DNA from: an uncultured Christensenella sp.
GTDB taxonomy: Bacteria > Bacillota > Clostridia > Christensenellales > UBA1242
Length of the DNA: 64,000 nucleotides
NCBI GenBank assembly: GCA_905207515.1
Contig: CAJLLK010000001.1
Span: 12,782 to 76,781 of the forward strand
Direction: 5' to 3'
Shown here: positions 59,336 to 64,000 of the stretch, in pieces
How positions within the stretch are numbered: the first letter of the stretch is position 1
Layout: every line of letters starts with the position of its first letter
The notes under the pieces: generated by a model
What the model was told of the DNA's origin: nothing
What the model saw: the letters and a program-made list of their open reading frames with translations, nothing else
Database searches by the model: none
Position numbers and translations under genes: made by a program

Positions 59336-59367
59336 AAAGAGAGCATCAAACGCTCTCTTTGTTTTTT
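59336..59367. terminator. Bidirectional terminator between the alkD-like gene and rplS
   Basis: AAAGAGAGCatcaaacGCTCTCTTTGTTTTTT. Confidence 0.75.
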
Positions 59368-59716
59368 AGTTGTTGTCAGCTGCTTTAACCTTGGCTGCTT
59401 TGCCAGTGAGTTCTCTGACATAATAGAGTTTTGCTCTTCTTGGCTTACCTTTTCTCACCACTTCAATTTTGGCAATTTTTGGTGAATGAACAGGAAAAGT
59501 TTTTTCAACTCCAACGCCATAAGAAATTTTTCTTACAGTGAAAGTTTCTCTGATTCCGCCATTTTTTCTGGCAATCACAACGCCTTCAAAAGCTTGCAAT
59601 CTTTCTTTGTCGCCTTCTTTGATTGTGACTGTAACTTTCACAGTGTCACCAATGGCGAATTCTGGAACAGATTCTTTCATGTTTTCTCTTTCCAATTGGT
59701 CAATAATATTTGCCAT
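59366..59716 (-). CDS. rplS: 50S ribosomal protein L19
   Basis: [35 protein letters not shown]. Confidence 0.97.
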   Translation of the reverse strand: MANIIDQLERENMKESVPEFAIGDTVKVTVTIKEGDKERLQAFEGVVIARKNGGIRETFTVRKISYGVGVEKTFPVHSPKIAKIEVVRKGKPRRAKLYYVRELTGKAAKVKAADNN

Positions 59717-59803
59717 GACTTATCTCCTTTTTTCAGATTTTCGACATGATGCTCATAAAGTAAAAACTAAAGCGGAACACCCGAAGTCTTTTTGATTATA
59801 ACA
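59717..59803 (-). promoter_or_regulatory. rplS extended -10 promoter plus 5' UTR of about 70 nt (candidate L19 leader)
   Basis: Minus strand: TGTGtTATAAT (-10 at 59800-59795), followed by an untranslated leader before SD AAAGGAGA. L19 leaders are known upstream of rplS in Firmicutes; structure not verified. Confidence 0.35.
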
Positions 59804-59853
59804 CAACCAAACACACAAAAACAAGTGTTTTTACAAAAAAATTTGAAAACATT

Positions 59854-60210
59854 TCAAAAAGCGTTTTCAATGTGGTCGATTTGGTCGCCCGAAACTTCAA
59901 TAACATCAAACCGTGTGTCGTTCAGGCTCTTGTTTTTCAGCATAAGATAAACTTCAGCAACTTTTCTGATTTTGTTTTGTTTTTGAGCGTTTACGGCTTC
60001 AATCGGCCTGCCATATGCAAAAGTCGAGCGATTTTTAACTTCAACAAAAACAATAACGCCATCTTTTTCGGCAATGATGTCGATTTCGCCCAGCTTGATT
60101 TTAAAATTTGTCTGCAAAATTTTATATTTTTTCTTTTTCAAAAAATTTGCCGCTAAAATTTCGCCCTTGTCGCCATTTATTTTGTTGTTAATTTTTGCAA
60201 GGTCTTTCAA
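59854..60210 (-). CDS. yraN: YraN family (UPF0102) endonuclease-like protein
   Basis: GEILAANFLKKKKYKILQTNFKIKLGEIDIIAEKDGVIVFVEVKNR. Confidence 0.9.
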   Translation of the reverse strand: MKDLAKINNKINGDKGEILAANFLKKKKYKILQTNFKIKLGEIDIIAEKDGVIVFVEVKNRSTFAYGRPIEAVNAQKQNKIRKVAEVYLMLKNKSLNDTRFDVIEVSGDQIDHIENAF

Positions 60211-60225
60211 AACACTCTCCTTTTG

Positions 60226-61038
60226 TCAATCTAAAGTGATTTTGCCCAGCCTGCCTTTTCGAAAATCGTCGACAACACTTTTTGCTGTGCGTTCAAGGTC
60301 AAGCTCGCCGCCGTTTGTGACAAACTTGCGCAGCGTTGCGATTTCTTCAAGTGTGGTTTTGTTTTCGTATCTTTTTTTGACATTTTCTGGATATTGCTCA
60401 AGTAAAATTTTCAAAAGGTCATTTGCCAAATCGACAAAATCCAAAATTTCATCTCTCACACTGCCGACAAATGCAAGTTTTTTGGCGGTTTCTTGATTTT
60501 CGATGTTTGGATAAAGTGTTCCAGGTGTGTCATAGACTTCAATTCCGCCGCCTATAGGAAGCCAAAGCCCGTGTTTTGTGACGCCTGCTTTGTTCCCCGT
60601 GATTGCCTTGGCTTTTTTGCAGAGATTGTTCACCAAAGTGCTCTTGCCACAATTTGGAATGCCAACCACCATTGTTCTGATGCTTGGTTTAATTCCCTTG
60701 TTTTTATATTTTTCAATCTTTTCAGAAGCAAGCGTTTTAATCTTTTCGACAATCAAATCAGATTTGCCTGAAAGAGTGCTGTTAAACAACAAAAAGTCGC
60801 TTGTCTTTGATTTAAACTGTGGCAAGAGGGCTTTGATTTTCTTTTCGTCTGCCATGTCAATTTTGTTGAAAACATAAAGCACAGGCTTGTTTTGGGTGAT
60901 TTCGTTGAGCGACGGGTTTATCGAAGCCAGTGGAATGCGCGCGTCAAGAATATAAGTGACAACATCGACTTTTTTGAGCTGTTCGCTTATATCTTTCAAT
61001 GCTTTATGCATATGACCTGGAAACCAATTGATTTTCAT
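60226..61038 (-). CDS. rbgA: Ribosome biogenesis GTPase A (YlqF/RbgA); start refined to ATG 61038
   Basis: MKINWFPGHMHKA canonical start, circularly permuted GTPase motifs NKIDM...GIPNCGKST...DTPG. Confidence 0.93.
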   Translation of the reverse strand: MKINWFPGHMHKALKDISEQLKKVDVVTYILDARIPLASINPSLNEITQNKPVLYVFNKIDMADEKKIKALLPQFKSKTSDFLLFNSTLSGKSDLIVEKIKTLASEKIEKYKNKGIKPSIRTMVVGIPNCGKSTLVNNLCKKAKAITGNKAGVTKHGLWLPIGGGIEVYDTPGTLYPNIENQETAKKLAFVGSVRDEILDFVDLANDLLKILLEQYPENVKKRYENKTTLEEIATLRKFVTNGGELDLERTAKSVVDDFRKGRLGKITLD

Positions 61039-61053
61039 ACAATCTCCTATATT

Positions 61054-61092
61054 TTGTGTATTATGCATTGCATATCACACTATATTTGGTGT
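61054..61092. repeat. TTGCATAAYAC motif cluster f: inverted pair, plus an ACAC-N8-GTGT palindrome
   Basis: TTGTGTATTATGCA (61054-61067, inverted), TTGCATATCACAC (61068-61080), ACACTATATTTGGTGT (61077-61092). Confidence 0.75.
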
Positions 61093-61093
61093 A

Positions 61094-61759
61094 TTATTCA
61101 TCCAACAAATCACTTCGCAGAGCTTTTGTTCTTTTCAAACTCTGTTCTTTTCGCCACTTTTCAACTTCTTGATGATTTCCAGAAATCAAAACATCTGGAA
61201 CTTTCAGTCCCATAAATTCTTGCGGTCTGGTGAACTGTGGATATTCCAAAAGACCATTTGAAAAGCTCTCATTTTGCAGACTTTCTTTTGAAATCACTCC
61301 GTCAACAAACCTTGCAAGGCAATCTATGATGACCATTGTCGGAAGTTCGCCACCCGTCAAAATATAGTCACCAATTGAAATTTGTTCGATGTCAAAAAGC
61401 TGAAAAATTCGCTCGTCCACCCCTTCATAATGCCCGCAGACAAAAATCAAATGTTCAAATCTCGACAGTTCTTCGGCTTTTTTTGTGTTTAGCGTTTTGC
61501 CAATTGGCGATGGAAAAATTATCTTGCTTTTTTCTGTGTAAACCGATTTTATGGCGTCAAACAAAGGCTGAACAGTCATCAACATTCCTGCTCCGCCACC
61601 AAAAGGATAGTCATCACACTTTTTGTGTTTATCCTTTGAAAATTGTCTTATGTCAACGACATTGATTTCCAAAATGCCGCTTTCTTCCGCTCTGCCCAAA
61701 ATGCTGGTTTTGAGTGGAGCAAACGCTTCTAGAAACAATGTGAGAATATCTATTTTCAT
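61094..61759 (-). CDS. trmD: tRNA (guanine37-N1)-methyltransferase
   Basis: MKIDILTLF, DDYPFGGGAGM, CGHYEGVDERI, SIGDYILTGGELP. Confidence 0.96.
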   Translation of the reverse strand: MKIDILTLFLEAFAPLKTSILGRAEESGILEINVVDIRQFSKDKHKKCDDYPFGGGAGMLMTVQPLFDAIKSVYTEKSKIIFPSPIGKTLNTKKAEELSRFEHLIFVCGHYEGVDERIFQLFDIEQISIGDYILTGGELPTMVIIDCLARFVDGVISKESLQNESFSNGLLEYPQFTRPQEFMGLKVPDVLISGNHQEVEKWRKEQSLKRTKALRSDLLDE

Positions 61760-62253
61760 TCTTGGCTCACCTTTGCCCCGTCAAATTCTTTTCGGATGCA
61801 ATAAAAACTTCGCCCTACAGTTTTGAAGATGTCTTTTTTGAATGGCACTTCGTAAAGATGACCATCTTCTTTGACAATCAAAATATCATCAAAACCATAG
61901 TCAGTGACATCCATAATCTGCCCGACAAGCTCGTGATTTTCGTCATAGATAAGCATGCCAACCAAATCGTCTATCAAAAATTCGTCAACCGCCAGTTTTT
62001 CAAACTCTTCTTTTGTGATGTAAACCTTTTTGTTGCGATATTTTTCCGCTGTCGTGCGGTCTGGAATTTCTTGAAACATAACATAAGCATAGCCGAGTCT
62101 GAAACTTGCCGACTTGACCACGCTTTCTCGCTTTTCGATATAAAGCTTATGTTTTCCATTAAAAATCGCAGGGATATCAATTGAAGGAAGAATTTTCACT
62201 TCCCCTTTGACACCCTGCGGTTTGATAATTTTTCCTGCGCAAACAAACTCCAT
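61756..62253 (-). CDS. rimM: 16S rRNA processing protein RimM
   Basis: GKIIKPQGVKGEVKI, PRC-barrel C-terminus; 4-nt overlap with trmD. Confidence 0.9.
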   Translation of the reverse strand: MEFVCAGKIIKPQGVKGEVKILPSIDIPAIFNGKHKLYIEKRESVVKSASFRLGYAYVMFQEIPDRTTAEKYRNKKVYITKEEFEKLAVDEFLIDDLVGMLIYDENHELVGQIMDVTDYGFDDILIVKEDGHLYEVPFKKDIFKTVGRSFYCIRKEFDGAKVSQE

Positions 62254-62255
62254 GC

Positions 62256-62486
62256 TCAGTCCTCAAACTTCACGAAAACTTTTTTGTGAGTTTTTGAAGC
62301 AACTGAACGCATGATTGTTCTTATGCTTGTGGCAGTTCTTCCGTTTTTGCCAATAACTTTTCCCAAATCAGAGCTTGCCACTTTGACACGAAAAGTTATT
62401 GTTTTGTCGTCTTCCTGTTTTTCAACTTCAACTGCATCTTCCTGTTCCACCAAAGTTTTAACAAGAAATTTCAACAAATCGTCCAT
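62256..62486 (-). CDS. KH-domain RNA-binding protein (YlqC/UPF0109)
   Basis: 76 aa, DLGKVIGKNGRTATSIRTI. Confidence 0.9.
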   Translation of the reverse strand: MDDLLKFLVKTLVEQEDAVEVEKQEDDKTITFRVKVASSDLGKVIGKNGRTATSIRTIMRSVASKTHKKVFVKFED

Positions 62487-62502
62487 TTCGTTCTCCTAAA
62501 AT

Positions 62503-62760
62503 TTATTTATTTTCTGGATTGATAGCGCCACTCTTAACCAAAATTGATTTGGCAGTTTCTGTTGGAAGCGCACCATTTTTAAGCCATTTTTGAGCTTTTT
62601 CGTTGTCGATTTTGATTTCTGCTGGATTTGTCAATGGATTGTAAGTTCCAAGAAGGTCAATATATTTTCCATCTCTTGGGCTTCTGCTATCAGCAACAAC
62701 AACACGATAAAAAGGTGATTTTTTGTCTCCCAATCTTGTCAATCTAATTTTAACAGCCAT
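62503..62760 (-). CDS. rpsP: 30S ribosomal protein S16
   Basis: [31 protein letters not shown]. Confidence 0.97.
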   Translation of the reverse strand: MAVKIRLTRLGDKKSPFYRVVVADSRSPRDGKYIDLLGTYNPLTNPAEIKIDNEKAQKWLKNGALPTETAKSILVKSGAINPENK

Positions 62761-62842
62761 TTTTCTTCTCCTTTTAAATAAATTTTTGAAAGTTGTCTTT
62801 CGTTATATATAAATCAAAATTTGCATTTTGAGTTATACCATT

Positions 62843-64000
62843 TTAAAACATTCCTCTGAAACCCTTTTTGTTTTTCAGTTGTTTCATCATCTCTTTTGAT
62901 TGTTCAAATTGTTTGAGAAGCGAGTTCACTTGTTGGATTGTTGTGCCGCTCCCTTCGGCAATTCGCCTTCTTCGGCTCGCTTTGATGATGTCAGGATTTT
63001 GCCTTTCTTCTTTTGTCATGCTCTGAATGATTGCCTTGTTTATGGCAAGTTGTTTCTCGTCAATATTGACGTTTTTCATTTTTGCAGACATGCCTGGAAT
63101 CATCCCCAAAATGTCGCTCAAACTACCCATTTTCTTCAAGCTTTCCATTTGCGTCAGATAGTCTTCAAACGTGAACGAATTTTCTCTGAACTTTGCCTCA
63201 AGTTTTTTTGCTTCTTCTTCGCTGACCGCTTCTTGTGCTTTTTCAATCAATGAAAGCACATCTCCCATGCCCAAAATTCTGCTGGCAATTCGGTCTGGAT
63301 AGAAAGGTTCCAAATCGCCAATCTTTTCGCCTACGCCAGAAAATTTGATTGGTTTTCCAGTTATCGCCTTGATTGAAAGTGCTGCTCCGCCACGAGTGTC
63401 GCCGTCAAGTTTTGTAAGCACAACGCCTGTGATGTCCAAATCGTTGTTGAAGCTCTCAGCAATTGTCACAGCATCTTGACCCGTCATGGCGTCGACAACA
63501 AGCAAAATTTCCGTCGGCTTGACTTCTTTTTTGATGTCTTTGAGCTCTTGCATCAACTCTTGATTGATGTGGAGTCGCCCAGCCGTGTCGATGATTACCA
63601 CATCATAACCTTGTTTTTTGGCGTGGTCAATTGATTGTTTTGCAGTCTTAACAGGGTTTTGCGTTCCGCGTTCAAACACTTCAACATTAGCCGTCTTTCC
63701 AACCACTTGCAACTGATTGATTGCCGCAGGTCGATAGATGTCGCAAGCGACAAGAAGCGGCTTCTTTCCGCTCTTTTTCAAGTGATAGGCAAGCTTTCCG
63801 CACATGGTTGTCTTTCCAGCACCTTGCAGCCCGCACATCATGATGACAGTCGGTGGATTTGAAGCAATTTGAAGTTTTTGATTGTCAGAAGAGATAAGTT
63901 TTGTCAGTTCGTCTTTGACAATTTTGATGACCATTTGACCTGGCGTCAAGCTTTTCATAACTTGCTCGCCAATCGCCTTTTCAGTGGTATCTGCGACAAA
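62843..64000 (-). CDS. ffh: Signal recognition particle protein Ffh (N-terminus outside window)
   Basis: Frame stays open to base 64000. Walker A GLQGAGKTT, DTAGRL, TKLDGDTRGGAALS, Met-rich M domain at the C-terminus. Confidence 0.95.
   Translation of the reverse strand, partial: FVADTTEKAIGEQVMKSLTPGQMVIKIVKDELTKLISSDNQKLQIASNPPTVIMMCGLQGAGKTTMCGKLAYHLKKSGKKPLLVACDIYRPAAINQLQVVGKTANVEVFERGTQNPVKTAKQSIDHAKKQGYDVVIIDTAGRLHINQELMQELKDIKKEVKPTEILLVVDAMTGQDAVTIAESFNNDLDITGVVLTKLDGDTRGGAALSIKAITGKPIKFSGVGEKIGDLEPFYPDRIASRILGMGDVLSLIEKAQEAVSEEEAKKLEAKFRENSFTFEDYLTQMESLKKMGSLSDILGMIPGMSAKMKNVNIDEKQLAINKAIIQSMTKEERQNPDIIKASRRRRIAEGSGTTIQQVNSLLKQFEQSKEMMKQLKNKKGFRGMF

Overview
AT-rich chromosomal core segment of an endospore-forming low-GC Firmicute, Clostridia-like by gene content. 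It carries a complete spoIIIAA-AH operon, spoIVB, and the spoIIIA-asp23-nusB-xseAB synteny. I call about 78 protein genes, almost all housekeeping. They include recN, tig-clpP-clpX, rny, comM-dprA-topA-hslVU, tcdA, trxA, nifSU, tgt-queA-ruvBAC, yebC, infC-rpmI-rplT, proS, gap, rpiB, rsfS, yhbY, obg, nth, lysS, degV, lgt, rplS, rbgA, and trmD-rimM-rpsP-ffh. There is one clear RNA gene, a Bacillus-type large SRP RNA at about 40617-40886. I saw no tRNA, rRNA, CRISPR array, transposase or prophage block. I did not find a self-contained novel multi-gene system such as a defence island. The points worth a second look are listed here. (1) A roughly 11-25 nt motif, TTGCATAAYAC(A/C)CAA, occurs 16 times at six intergenic loci, mostly as inverted pairs. 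(2) Several genes have a canonical promoter placed 5-7 nt from the ATG with no Shine-Dalgarno, which predicts leaderless mRNAs. (3) A Rho-like paralogue lacks the P-loop and the catalytic DERPEE motif. (4) A PadR-family regulator is fused to a long acidic linker and four C-terminal TM helices, and its own upstream region holds four motif copies. (5) A four-gene insertion lies between recN and spoIVB, and a XerS-like recombinase sits where spo0A normally follows spoIVB. (6) The window also has small gene relics and a GC-rich structured spacer between ruvA and ruvB. All functional calls come from reading motifs by eye. No database search was run.
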